Below are positions 9,736-19,914 of a stretch of 64,000 nt of DNA, in pieces. The notes beneath the pieces are model-generated. The model did not search any database, was not told the DNA's origin, and saw nothing but the letters and a program-made list of their open reading frames with translations. The position numbers and the translations under genes are program-made. This DNA is from an uncultured Planctomycetaceae bacterium (GTDB lineage: Bacteria; Planctomycetota; Planctomycetia; Isosphaerales; Isosphaeraceae). The DNA is taken from positions 1,056,001 to 1,120,000 of the forward strand of contig CAWIAD010000001.1 of the NCBI GenBank assembly GCA_963833985.1. The letters run 5' to 3'. The number at the start of each line of letters is the position of its first letter. Positions within the stretch are counted from its first letter, which is position 1.

Positions 9736-10782
9736 TCAGTTCCGGCATGCCGGTAGAACGCTTGAGCTCGCCGCGGTACGGATCACTTCGGGGTCAAGCG
9801 ACGTCATGGCGCGGATCTCGTTCCACCTCGCCAAGAACAGACATGCGCCCTCGAGACCGGAAGCGAGCATAAGTACGTGCATGCCCATCATGACCAGCGC
9901 ACCGTCAGGATGGCCCACCATATCAAAGAGTTTCCCGCCGACCTCTTCGGTCAAACCCAGAGCGCCCAGGGGAAGGGGGATAGCCATGATAAAGAAGGTC
10001 AAAGGCGCGATCAGGAAGTGCTGACCCAGGGTCGTCGACATCCCGGAGGAAAAAAGCATCACGCCGACGAGGTAGCAGACAATAACGTTCAGGGCATGGC
10101 CGAGGACCGAGAGCGCCAGGCTCACCGCCAGGAGTGCGCCGCAACGACGGTAATTCAGAAGCGCGGTTGCGAAGTTGGCCAGAACCGGCAGAATCCTGCC
10201 AGGTATCTTCTTGGTGAGACGCTCGTGTAGGCCGAGGAGGTGCGGTGACACCGGTACGACAAACGACAGGAACGCTACTGCGAGTGCGACCCACAGGATC
10301 AGGATAACGACTCGTACATCGCGTGAGGCCGCGCCCCACGTGGGGACACCTGCGGCTGCGGCGAGGACGAGAATTCCCAGCAGCCCGAGGATCCGGTCCA
10401 TCACCATGGATGCGAAGGCATCGGTCGTGCGGATCTTAATTCGCGCCAGGTAGGCGGCCTTGACGACATCTCCCCCCACGGCGCCAGGGGTCACCAGGTT
10501 GAAGAGATACCCGATGAATCCCAGCAGAACCGCCCAGCGATGAGGGAAACGCGGTTCGAACGCCCGTACTAGCAGCGACCAGCGTAGAAAGCTGAGTAGC
10601 AAGCTTGTCTGCGTGAGCACGAAGGCCGCTCCGATCAAGCGGAGATCGTGACGACGATCCAGCACCTGGCGGATCGATTCCTGATGCTGCCAGAGCACAA
10701 GCGCCATGAAGCCAAACGCCAGGCAGACAAGAGCGGCGTGGACACCGAGGTTTGTTCGTGCCGGCCGCGATGAAACAAGCAT
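9736..10782 (-). CDS. Lysylphosphatidylglycerol-synthase TM / flippase-like membrane protein (UPF0104)
   Basis: LRW, GYLFNLVTPGAVGGDVVKA, DRILG, PLPLGALGLTE motifs; multiple TM helices. Confidence 0.85.
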   Translation of the reverse strand: MLVSSRPARTNLGVHAALVCLAFGFMALVLWQHQESIRQVLDRRHDLRLIGAAFVLTQTSLLLSFLRWSLLVRAFEPRFPHRWAVLLGFIGYLFNLVTPGAVGGDVVKAAYLARIKIRTTDAFASMVMDRILGLLGILVLAAAAGVPTWGAASRDVRVVILILWVALAVAFLSFVVPVSPHLLGLHERLTKKIPGRILPVLANFATALLNYRRCGALLAVSLALSVLGHALNVIVCYLVGVMLFSSGMSTTLGQHFLIAPLTFFIMAIPLPLGALGLTEEVGGKLFDMVGHPDGALVMMGMHVLMLASGLEGACLFLARWNEIRAMTSLDPEVIRTAASSSVLPACRN

Positions 10783-10969
10783 TGAGACTTGAAGCTCCTT
10801 GTAAATCGCCCGCGGACCAGGATAAGTCTAGTACAGGTCTGGTCGCCTTGGGACGACGAGCCCGTTATCCACACGCTGGGCCGGATCGGCGAAGCTCCGG
10901 AGCATGTGCTAGTGTGTAGATGAAGGTGGCGATCGGATTCTCTTCGCGGTAGGGGCTCGACATTTCACG

Positions 10970-12505
10970 ATGGGCTGGCGAATTGCATGCGCAGGACTCT
11001 TTTTGACTGTGTTTGCCGCACTCGCGCTTTCGGGGCCGGGACGAATCGATATCGTCGATGGGCAAACCCGGTATGAGGTTGCGCGCAGCCTCGTCGAGCA
11101 CGGCGACTCGATCATCAGGGACCCGCGCGTCTGGTTCGCCGTATTCCCTGGACGCGACGGCCGGAATTACACGAACTACCGCATCCCCCAATCCGCCGCG
11201 GGAGCGCTGGCGATCCTGGCGGCCGATTGTTGCGGTCCGGCCCGGGAAGGCCGGCGCCGCTTTTTTTTCACCCTCACCGGCGCGCTCGCCGGCGGGCTGC
11301 TTGCCGCAACATACGCCGCGCTGTTCCGCTACTTGCGGCACAGTCCCCTGGAGTCGCTCTGCTGGGCGGCTGCGGGCGTGCTCTGCACTCCCATCTGGTT
11401 CTACGGCACCAGCACCTTCGACGATATCCTCGGCGCGCTGGCCGTGGTTCTTGCCATCACATGCGCCTTGGCGGGCCGGAACGGGCATCCCCACGCCTGG
11501 GCGGCTGGCGCGGGAGTGGCGCTTGGTCTGGCGTTTCACTGCAAGCAGCCACTGGGGATCTTCGTGGTACCTGTTCTGGCCGCACTTTACCATCCTGAGC
11601 AGGGCTGGCGCTCGCAGAAAGTACGGCTGGCGCTACCGTTGACGCTATTGACTGTGGCCGTTGTGCTTTATCTGGCTTACGATGACTACAAGTTTCCGGC
11701 ATCCTCTCGGGCTGGCCAGGCGGAACTATTGAAGAAGTACGTCCCGGTCTGGTCCAAGACCCCTCATGTCGCGCTGGCCGCGATGGCCCTGAGCCTGGGT
11801 GCTGGGGCGTTCTTCTACAATCCCGCCGGCTTGGTCTGCACGCGCGGCCTCCGTGCCTGGTGGAAGCAGCAGCCAAGGTTCTGTGGTTCACTGGCCGTTG
11901 CGCTGGCGGTGTACGTAGGTTTCATTTGCTGTTTGACCTTCTTCAAGGGCGACCCCACCTGGGGTCCTCGATACCTGACACCCGCCTTCGCGGTCCTTTG
12001 GATCTTTGCGCCGGCGGGGTGCAAGGTGATGAGGTGGTCGGTCGTCGTCGGCCTGCTGGGGCTCAGCCTGCTTGTCCAGGTTAGCTCAATCTGCGTCGAC
12101 CCACACCGGCTATTCATTGAGCGCTCGCTGCCGTCGGCGTTCTACCTTCACGACCCGGAGCTTTACTTTCACCCCGCCATCTCGCACCTGGTGAACCGGC
12201 CGCGGGAGATCATCGAGGTTCTTCAGGACCGCGGCAACCCGGCGCGCAGCTACACGCCGGCACCCACGCCCACGTTCGCTTTCCCGATCATCGACTACAT
12301 CGACAAAGGTTCGGTTGCGGTAAGCAAGTACCAGGTACTCAGCGGGCTGCGATTCTGGTGGGCGAGCTTCCGGTTCCTCAGCCCAGAAGAGCGGCCGATC
12401 AATCTTGTGCGCACGGCCCTGCTGCTACTCTTCGTCGCAGCCGCAGGGGCCGCCGCGCAGGTTTACGGCCTGCTCCTCATGAGGTATGAGCAGAGTGTCC
12501 GCTGA
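10970..12505 (+). CDS. Polytopic membrane protein, probable GT-C fold glycosyltransferase
   Basis: TM1 followed by an acidic loop (DIVDG), many TM helices, FDD and WGPRYL motifs. Confidence 0.6.
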   Translation: MGWRIACAGLFLTVFAALALSGPGRIDIVDGQTRYEVARSLVEHGDSIIRDPRVWFAVFPGRDGRNYTNYRIPQSAAGALAILAADCCGPAREGRRRFFFTLTGALAGGLLAATYAALFRYLRHSPLESLCWAAAGVLCTPIWFYGTSTFDDILGALAVVLAITCALAGRNGHPHAWAAGAGVALGLAFHCKQPLGIFVVPVLAALYHPEQGWRSQKVRLALPLTLLTVAVVLYLAYDDYKFPASSRAGQAELLKKYVPVWSKTPHVALAAMALSLGAGAFFYNPAGLVCTRGLRAWWKQQPRFCGSLAVALAVYVGFICCLTFFKGDPTWGPRYLTPAFAVLWIFAPAGCKVMRWSVVVGLLGLSLLVQVSSICVDPHRLFIERSLPSAFYLHDPELYFHPAISHLVNRPREIIEVLQDRGNPARSYTPAPTPTFAFPIIDYIDKGSVAVSKYQVLSGLRFWWASFRFLSPEERPINLVRTALLLLFVAAAGAAAQVYGLLLMRYEQSVR

Positions 12506-12647
12506 ATTGTCGCGAGTTTCGGCTCCTGGCCCTGGGCACGGAAACTGTCCTCGAGGCTCCGCTGAATCGCGCCACCTTCCACGATTAACAGGGCGATCAG
12601 TACTGACCGATGCGCTTTGCGCTGCGTCCACGCGAGATGAGGTTGGG

Positions 12648-13296
12648 TTGACAAAAAATCGAGGAAGAGCGGTTCCGATCCGATCGCTGTCGGCTTCCCT
12701 GGGCCCGCTATTAATATCTGGAGCGGTATTCCTGGGTAGCGCGGTTCGTGGCTGGCAAAACGAGTTCTCGACGTCGCTTGTAGAACAGGCTACGGCTCGG
12801 CGATTCTGGTCAGAGCTGGGTCGCCCAGGTGGATGGATTCGACGCATCAACCGAGGACGTCGAGACCGCAAGGAGTGGATCAAGCGTGTCCAACCTTGGT
12901 TTCGGGGTTGCAGCCGCTGAGTCATTGCCGGTTCGGGACGGGTCGTACGATATGTAATTGTCGTTCGAGACGATCGAGCATGTCGAGAACGGTGAAACAT
13001 TGCTCTGCGAGGCGCCAAGGGTAATCGGCCCCGCAGCGACTTTGATCGTCTCGACGCCCAACCGTGACCTGCTCGACCCCGAAACCACGCTTGGCGATCA
13101 GCCGTTTAACCGGTTTCGCGTCCGAGAGTACAGCGCCGGGGAGTTCGACCAGCGTCTGCTCGCGTATTTTCCCGCGATCACCCGGTATGGTCAGAAGCCG
13201 TATGCGCCGGTTGATGTCGAGGGTCCCGGGCACGTGGGCCGTCGCTCTCCGGCGCTGGCTCTCAAGCTGCGCCAGGCTCGAAAGCTCACGGGCTGA
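12648..13296 (+). pseudogene. Degraded class I SAM-dependent methyltransferase
   Basis: Fragments ERYSW, FVAGK/RVLDVACRTGYGS, SLPVRDGSYDM*LSFETIEHV, LIVSTPNR; in-frame TAA stops plus frameshifts. Confidence 0.75.
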
Positions 13297-13397
13297 CCCA
13301 GGGAGTGCCCCGCCCGACACGTTCCCTTACCGCATGCGACCGCGCCTGTTCTCTGCGAGGTGCTCATCGCCGTCTGCGAGCGGCAAGCCCGCTCGAG

Positions 13398-14396
13398 TCA
13401 GCTTTCCGTTGGAGCCGCGGCCGCGCCTGATGCTGTCGAGCTTCTGGCAAGTCCAATCCGGTAACGCGGCAGCGTGCGCTCGATGATCCGCGAATCCCGC
13501 AAATACTGATGCCAGCCGACTGGCCCGAGGGCAAGAAAGCGTGACACAAGAGCGAGCGGACTCGATCCCCGGTTGTGCACCAAAGCTGCCAGGCCGACAT
13601 TCACATCGATGGAAAAAAAGGCCACTCGCGCCCCCAGCGGCTGCTTGCAACCATGGCGCCGGACCACGCCTAGATGGCGAGCCAGCACCACCTCCTGCTG
13701 CTGTCGGAACTCAGTCACCCGCGCGCTCCCCTGAATCGTCTGCGCCTGCGGGTGAATCCGAAACGCGCTCAAGGGCCGGGGAATGTAAACGGTGCTGCCA
13801 GACGCGGCCAGCTTGAGCCAGAAATCCCAGTCGGCGGTGTACCAGAGTTCCTCGTCCAGGCCTCCCGCAGCCAGCGCAGCCTGCCGCGAGAACAGCGGGG
13901 CCGGCATGGCGATGAAGTTCTGAACCAGTAAACGGTCCACGACCAGTTCGGAGCCAAGCGCCACGCCACGGGGCAGGGGGCACCGCCAGGTGCCCACGCG
14001 CTGGCCCGTGGGATCGATGAACCAGGACGGTAGCAAGAACAACGTAGTGGCGGGCAGCCTGGCAACCCATGACCGAAGCACGGCCAGGCGTTGCGGCAGC
14101 CAGAGGTCATCGTGATGCAAGAACGAGACATAATCTCCGCGGGCCAGCATCAGCCCATGGTTCGACTTTGCGACCCAGTTTCGCAGCCCCTCGCGCACCA
14201 TGACTTGCATGGGAAGCCGGTCCGCGTAGGTTCGGGCAATCTCGATCGACCCGTCACTCGACCCGCCGTCGATGACGAGGACCTCGATGCCGCCGGCAGA
14301 CTGCACCAGGATGCTGCGGAGCGCGAAATCCAGGTAATTCGCGCCGTTGTAGACCGGCATCACCACGCTCAACCAGGGCCGGTCGCTCGTTGTCAT
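13398..14396 (-). CDS. Glycosyltransferase family 2
   Basis: SVVMPVYN, VIDGGSSDGS, FLHHDD, DWDFWLK. Confidence 0.92.
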   Translation of the reverse strand: MTTSDRPWLSVVMPVYNGANYLDFALRSILVQSAGGIEVLVIDGGSSDGSIEIARTYADRLPMQVMVREGLRNWVAKSNHGLMLARGDYVSFLHHDDLWLPQRLAVLRSWVARLPATTLFLLPSWFIDPTGQRVGTWRCPLPRGVALGSELVVDRLLVQNFIAMPAPLFSRQAALAAGGLDEELWYTADWDFWLKLAASGSTVYIPRPLSAFRIHPQAQTIQGSARVTEFRQQQEVVLARHLGVVRRHGCKQPLGARVAFFSIDVNVGLAALVHNRGSSPLALVSRFLALGPVGWHQYLRDSRIIERTLPRYRIGLARSSTASGAAAAPTES

Positions 14397-14397
14397 T

Positions 14398-15609
14398 TCA
14401 GGAACCGCCATCGCCTTGCCGCTTGCCTTCGTGGCGCAACTCGAGGATGCCTACCAGGAAACCGGCGGCCGCGGCTTCCAGTCCAACCGAGAAGATCGTA
14501 CCGGCGAAGATCCACAGTCCGGGCACGGGAACCTCCATGGTCCGCAGCCAGTGTCCGAGTACCGGAACGCCCATGGCCACGCCCGCGGCCATCAGCGAGA
14601 CGCCTAGCGTCATGCCCCGCTCCACCGTGAAGAACGCCACCACCCGTTCCACTCCCGGGTCACGGAAGACCGGGTCGGAAAGGTGGGCGTAATACCTGGC
14701 CAGCAGCCCGAAGACCAGGAGATGGAACCCGCTCATGGCCACCAGCGAGGCGGTGTACATGAAGTTGGGGCCGAGCACCCCGCTGTAGGCTCCGAAGCCC
14801 GCCGCGACCACCACCGGAATCGCACCCAGTCCCAGCAGAGTCAGGAACAGCCCCGGCAAAATAAATAAATACAGTGGCGTGCACATGAGCATATAACGGA
14901 GATGCCGCCAGCCGTCGCGGAAGCTCCGCAGGTGGGGCGGCCGGTCGCGCCCGTCGGGATGCAGCACAATTGGCACCTCGGTCACCTTTTGATGGCTCAG
15001 GCACGCGCGCACGACCATCTCGCTGGCGAACTCCATTCCCGGCGACGCCAGCCCCAGCTTGGCGTAAGAGTCCTTGCGGAACGCCCGCAGACCGCAATGG
15101 GCGTCACCAATCGGAGTCCGGAAGAAGAGGTTCAAGATTCCCGTCAGCACCGGGTTGCCCACGTAGCGGTGCAGCCAGGGCATGGCGCCGGGGCGAATTC
15201 CACCACGGAACCGGTTGCCCATCACCAGGTCGTAGCCGTCCCGAAGCCGCTCGACGAATGGCTCCAGCACCGTGAAATCATACGAGTCGTCCGAGTCTCC
15301 CATGACGATGAACCGGCCACGCGCGGCCTGGATTCCCGCCCTCAGGGCATGTCCGTACCCCTTGCGCTCAACCTCGACCACACGCGCGCCGTGCTCGCGC
15401 GCAATCTCTTGCGAGCCATCGCTGCTGCCGTTGTCGGCGACGACCACCTCGCCGGTCGCTCCCAGCCGCTCGATTGCCCCTAGCGCCTTCTCCACGCAGC
15501 GTCCCACAGTCCGGGCCTCGTTCAGGCACGGCATGATCACGGAGATCTCGACCTCGGATCCGGCCGCTTGCGGAGAACCCTCGACCCGAGCCACCACGGT
15601 CATGTTCAT
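14398..15609 (-). CDS. GT2 polyprenol-phosphate glycosyltransferase (DPM1/GtrB-like) with C-terminal TM helices
   Basis: SVIMPCLNE, ADNGSSDGS, GYG, MGDSDDSYD, DAHCGLRAF, MEFASE; TM tail. Confidence 0.88.
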   Translation of the reverse strand: MNMTVVARVEGSPQAAGSEVEISVIMPCLNEARTVGRCVEKALGAIERLGATGEVVVADNGSSDGSQEIAREHGARVVEVERKGYGHALRAGIQAARGRFIVMGDSDDSYDFTVLEPFVERLRDGYDLVMGNRFRGGIRPGAMPWLHRYVGNPVLTGILNLFFRTPIGDAHCGLRAFRKDSYAKLGLASPGMEFASEMVVRACLSHQKVTEVPIVLHPDGRDRPPHLRSFRDGWRHLRYMLMCTPLYLFILPGLFLTLLGLGAIPVVVAAGFGAYSGVLGPNFMYTASLVAMSGFHLLVFGLLARYYAHLSDPVFRDPGVERVVAFFTVERGMTLGVSLMAAGVAMGVPVLGHWLRTMEVPVPGLWIFAGTIFSVGLEAAAAGFLVGILELRHEGKRQGDGGS

Positions 15610-15925
15610 GATGCCGTCTCCCAGGCAGGTCTCGGGGCGCCCATGCCACGGGCCGTGCCCGCGACGCTCCCTTGAGAGTCTAGGACACAAACGGCGCGGG
15701 CCGCCGGCCGGAGCGACGCTAAGCACCTGGACTGAAGCACCGGTCGCATTCGCGAGCCAAGAATGGAATCTTATCCCACGACGGTGGGACCAGATTGGAA
15801 CCACGAACTACCTGAGAAGTGTGAGGGGGCAACCGGTCAGGCGAGCCAGCGCACATGTGGTCTCCGGGCCCCATTCCCTGGTTCCACATGACATGGCTGC
15901 GGCGGTCCGCCTCCAATGATTCGCG

Positions 15926-17446
15926 TTACGGAGCAGGCTCTCTGCGACTGCTCGATTCGAACCGCGCGGGTCGAATTGCCGTGCGTCCCGCATCCTGGCC
16001 CGGCATGAGCGCGGCATCACGATCTGGTCTTGCGTCGGCCATCGGCCCGGGCGCGTCGTGTGAGGGCGCGCTGAGTCTCTGCACCTCCCGGTAGCGATCA
16101 TCCGCCTCGATCCGATCCGAGCGATCCGGGATTGCCTCCCGGCTTCCCTGGTAAACCAGTCCGGCGTGCCGTCCGAGGGCGGCGAGAAATGTGGGGTCTT
16201 CTGTCCGTGCGGCGACGATGGCGATGGTCTCAAGCAGGCGGAGCGTCACCGCGGCGTTCCCTCTGGCCGCCTGGCGAATCTGGTGAAACGCCGCGTCCAC
16301 GATCCCCGACACGGTTGACCCCTCGGCGATCGCGCGCAGCCGGCCGTCGTCGTCGTAACGGCAGGGCGAGGGGATCTGCCTTCCGGCGAGGGCACAGAGC
16401 GCCTCGCCCAGCCGCTCTACGCAGGCGATCGCCGTGAACGGGTCGTTAACCCCTGGCGAGAGGGCCCGCACGGCCACCTCGACGAGCTGGTCGATCGCGA
16501 ACTCGACATCCTGTGTCAGGTTCCGCTGAGAACCAATGTAGAAGGCTCCCCGGATGGCATGCTCGAGCGCATCCTCCTGCCGGTCGCCGGGCCAGACACG
16601 CGCGAGCTCGCCGCCTTGAACGATGAATTTCCCCGGCCTGGTGGTAACCCGGAGGATGAGATCGCGTTCAACAGCCAGCGACAGCAAACCGTCAACGTCG
16701 ATCGCCTGAATATATCCGCTTGACGATGATGGGATCGACCGTGAATCGCTGTCGAAACCTGCCGGCAAGTCAGCCATGGCCTCCTTGCCGTTGCCTGCGG
16801 GACGACCGCGCCCCAGCCCCTCGGGGAAGAGCCGTTCCATGGCGTTGTGCAACTCGCGCGTGACCTCGGCGATGATGTTGTCGGCCTGGATCGAGGCTGC
16901 CGCATGGTGAAAGAAGTAGATGAGCATCCCCAGGCTGGCCAGGGCCAGCAACAGCCCGATGGTCACTGAAAGGTGCGGGACGAACTCCTCCGTTTCGGTC
17001 CCGTTCACCGTACGCAGGACCAGCAGGCAGTAAGTGAAGGTGGCGATGAACGTCCCGAGCGCGGCCTGGTTGACCCGGTCGCGCATGAAGTTGCGCAGCA
17101 GCCTCGGGCCGTACTGGGAAGAAGCAAGCTGGAGGGCGACGATCGTGATCGAGAACGCCACGCTGGTGATGGTCATCATCGATCCGGCGATGGTCGAAAG
17201 CACCGCCCGCGAACCCTCCGGCCCACGGGTGAACGTCCAGCCGAGGGTCGCGATCCAGTTTGCTTCTGCTGTCGCCCGGTCCAGCCGGGTCGTCGCCAGC
17301 GACAGCAGCACCGCACCCGCGACCATGACCGAGGGCACGAACCAGAAATTGGTCCGGAAATCCTCCCATCGATTCACCAGCCAGGTTTTCACTGACGTCC
17401 CCGGTCCTGTCGGTTCACCAGCAATCGTGTCGGCGCGGTCACACAC
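15926..17446 (-). CDS. DUF2254 family membrane protein
   Basis: LQLASSQYGPRLLRNF, SGYIQ, RALSPGVNDPFTA motifs. Confidence 0.88.
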   Translation of the reverse strand: MCDRADTIAGEPTGPGTSVKTWLVNRWEDFRTNFWFVPSVMVAGAVLLSLATTRLDRATAEANWIATLGWTFTRGPEGSRAVLSTIAGSMMTITSVAFSITIVALQLASSQYGPRLLRNFMRDRVNQAALGTFIATFTYCLLVLRTVNGTETEEFVPHLSVTIGLLLALASLGMLIYFFHHAAASIQADNIIAEVTRELHNAMERLFPEGLGRGRPAGNGKEAMADLPAGFDSDSRSIPSSSSGYIQAIDVDGLLSLAVERDLILRVTTRPGKFIVQGGELARVWPGDRQEDALEHAIRGAFYIGSQRNLTQDVEFAIDQLVEVAVRALSPGVNDPFTAIACVERLGEALCALAGRQIPSPCRYDDDGRLRAIAEGSTVSGIVDAAFHQIRQAARGNAAVTLRLLETIAIVAARTEDPTFLAALGRHAGLVYQGSREAIPDRSDRIEADDRYREVQRLSAPSHDAPGPMADARPDRDAALMPGQDAGRTAIRPARFESSSRREPAP

Positions 17447-17490
17447 CTCGATTCACCGGCTTCCGTCCGCACTTGCCGGACCAATCCAGC

Positions 17491-18783
17491 TCAAAAACGT
17501 CGCAGGACCAGTGTCGTGTTCTGGCCGCCGAAGCCGAAGCTGTTGGACATTGCAACGTCGATGGTTCGCTCGCGGGCGGCGTGGGGGACGTAGTCGAGGT
17601 CGCAGTCGTCGTCCGGGTGGTCAAGGTTCACTGTCGGCGGCACGACTCCGTCGCGGATTGCCAGCAGGCAGGTGATGGCTTCCACGATCCCGCCGGCCGC
17701 GATGAGGTGGCCGGTCATGCTCTTGGTACTCGACACCGGCACCCTCCACGCATGGTCTCCGAGGGCGAGCTTCAGCGCCAGCGTCTCAACCGAGTCGTTC
17801 ACCTTGGTGCTCGTACCATGGGCGTTCACGTAGTCCACGTCCTCGGGGCCAAGGCCGGCGTCGTCGAGGGCCAGTCGCATGGCCGCAACCGCGCCCCGGC
17901 CCTCGTCGTGGCAGTCGGTGAGGCGGAAGGCATCGGTCGTCGAGGCGTGGCCCGCGACCTCAGCGTGAATCATGGCGCCTCGCGCCCGGGCGTGGTCGAG
18001 CGCCTCCAGCACGAGCATCCCGCCTCCCTCGCCCAGGACGAATCCGTCGCGATCCCGGTCGAAAGGGCGGCTGGCACGGGCCGGCTCGTCGTTGCGCTTC
18101 GACATCGCCGTCAAGAGGATGAACCCCGTGAGGCCGAACGGGTGGATCATGCTATGGACTCCACCTGCGAGCAAGACATCCACGGCGCCGCTGCGGATCA
18201 ACTCGGTCGCCTCGCCGATCGCCTGGGCGCTGGCCGCGCAGGCCGTCAGGCACGAGAAGTTCGGGCCTTTCGCTCCGAAGGCGGCCGCGAGGTGGCCGGC
18301 AGGCATCCCCGGCTCCTGCTCGGCCTCAAGCAGTGGATCGAGCTGCCCGATCCCCGCGCCGGTGAAGCGCCGGGTGTCCACCCGCCCGCGATCGGTCGAC
18401 CGGTGGATGAGGTCGACGAACCGGGAGAAGTCTGCTTGTCCCTCGCCCGAACCGAGGTAGACACCGAACCTCGTACGGTCGATCTGTGCGCCGTCGAAGA
18501 GGCCGGAGTCCCGAACGGCCTGAGCCGCAACGGCGAGCGCAATCTGCGTGTTCCGACCGTGGCGCTGCCACCGTGGCGCGTCGTCGCCGAGGTCCCGCGA
18601 CAGGTCGAAGCCCTTCAGCTCGGCAGCGATCCGGGTCGCGAAACTGCCGGCGTCGAACCGCGTCACCGGTCCCACGCCCCCACGACCCTCGCGGAGCGCC
18701 TCCCACGAGGACTCCACGTCAAGCCCCACGGGCGTGACCATCCCCATCCCCGTCACCACGACTCGCCTGCCTGCTCGGTCCAT
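17491..18783 (-). CDS. fabF: Beta-ketoacyl-ACP synthase II
   Basis: RRVVVTGMG, TACAAS (Cys), NAHGTST, KSMTGHL, SNSFGFGGQN. Confidence 0.93.
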   Translation of the reverse strand: MDRAGRRVVVTGMGMVTPVGLDVESSWEALREGRGGVGPVTRFDAGSFATRIAAELKGFDLSRDLGDDAPRWQRHGRNTQIALAVAAQAVRDSGLFDGAQIDRTRFGVYLGSGEGQADFSRFVDLIHRSTDRGRVDTRRFTGAGIGQLDPLLEAEQEPGMPAGHLAAAFGAKGPNFSCLTACAASAQAIGEATELIRSGAVDVLLAGGVHSMIHPFGLTGFILLTAMSKRNDEPARASRPFDRDRDGFVLGEGGGMLVLEALDHARARGAMIHAEVAGHASTTDAFRLTDCHDEGRGAVAAMRLALDDAGLGPEDVDYVNAHGTSTKVNDSVETLALKLALGDHAWRVPVSSTKSMTGHLIAAGGIVEAITCLLAIRDGVVPPTVNLDHPDDDCDLDYVPHAARERTIDVAMSNSFGFGGQNTTLVLRRF

Positions 18784-19141
18784 CGATCGGTCCTCCAGCT
18801 CACCACCCCGATCAGCCAGGCCCGTGCCGCGGCCGGGTCGCCGTCACCGGTAAGGGCCTTTGTAGACGTCCGTGTCGAACTTGCCGGGTCGCCGCTCGAA
18901 AGCGGCCCGGACATCAGTAAAGTCTTGAGCCGACGTCCTCCCGAGATGGACCATAGAGCAATGGGATGCGAACATGACGTGGCCTCCCACCAGGAACGAC
19001 GTCGGCCTGATCACCTGTTCTTCGGCCACCTCCGTAACGGCCGGGCGAATGAACGGAAGCACCGGGCCGTCCCTTTCGGTTGGTCCACTTTCCGGCATCT
19101 CCGGACCATGATGCCGGCAGCTCCGCAGCAGCGACAGCAAT

Positions 19142-19153
19142 ATGCATATGCAT
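19142..19153. promoter_or_regulatory. Palindromic putative MarR operator ATGCATATGCAT
   Basis: Perfect palindrome upstream of the fabF region; near-copy at 19622-19633. Confidence 0.55.
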
Positions 19154-19172
19154 GTAACTGAGCAAAAAAAAG

Positions 19173-19616
19173 TCAAGACCGGGCCGAGACGCGCGCGACC
19201 TCCGGGAGTATTTCCATGAGGTCACGCCAGGCGCCCTCTGGCAACAGGGCCTGGATTCGGGTTTGTGCCCGCTCCCAGGCGGGTCGGGCTTCGTCGAGCT
19301 TCGCCAACCCGCCAGCGGTGATGGCCAACCACTTCTCGCGACGGTCTTCCCCGGTCCGGACGATGACCCAGCGGGCCTCCACCAGCGGGCGGAGGCCGCG
19401 AGTCAGCGACGTCTGATCGTGCAGGGTCAGTCTGGCCAGGTCCCGCTGCCGGACCTGGCCAGAGCAGCGCAGCAGTTGAAGCAGCGAATACTGGGTCGTG
19501 CGCAGCCCGATGCTGCGAAGCTCCTCGTCATAGAGCCGGCTGACAGCCCGCGACGCCTGCCGCAGGGCGAGGCACAGGCACGGGATGCTCCCCGTGGGTG
19601 CTTTGTCGACGCTCAT
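19173..19616 (-). CDS. MarR family transcriptional regulator
   Basis: CLCLALRQASRAVSRLYD, TQYSLL, LTRGLRPL, DRR, W..AQ. Confidence 0.9.
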   Translation of the reverse strand: MSVDKAPTGSIPCLCLALRQASRAVSRLYDEELRSIGLRTTQYSLLQLLRCSGQVRQRDLARLTLHDQTSLTRGLRPLVEARWVIVRTGEDRREKWLAITAGGLAKLDEARPAWERAQTRIQALLPEGAWRDLMEILPEVARVSARS

Positions 19617-19651
19617 ATTAAATGTATATGCAGCTAATTGGGCCACGTCAA
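19617..19651 (-). promoter_or_regulatory. Putative sigma70 promoter (TTGACG-17-TATACA) overlapped by operator ATGTATATGCAG; probably leaderless marR
   Basis: -35 at 19651-19646, -10 at 19628-19623, ATG 7 nt downstream, no SD. Confidence 0.55.
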
Positions 19652-19914
19652 GGGGTCATCCGCAATGGACGACTCGACCCGTCGAGCCACGGGGGCGGGC
19701 CCAATAGAATTCCTCGGCAAGCAACCCGGGCCGGCTTCATCCGTGATGTGCCGGGGGCCGCAAGACGACGTTGTGCACAATGCCCGTCATCGAAGCGCGT
19801 GGGAACCTCCGGCCGATAACGGCCGGTCACGAGGCTTTCCATGACACCTCGCCCGTGACCGGCGTCGCTCTCTTCACATTCCCGGGAAGACTCGCCAGAA
19901 ACGACTGGTCGTAC

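Noticed and set aside
17473..19161. Long plus-strand ORFs opposite fabF (likewise 114-986, 21415-23427, 28158-29765, 48284-50071)
   Set aside because: Antisense to well-supported genes, with no recognisable motifs
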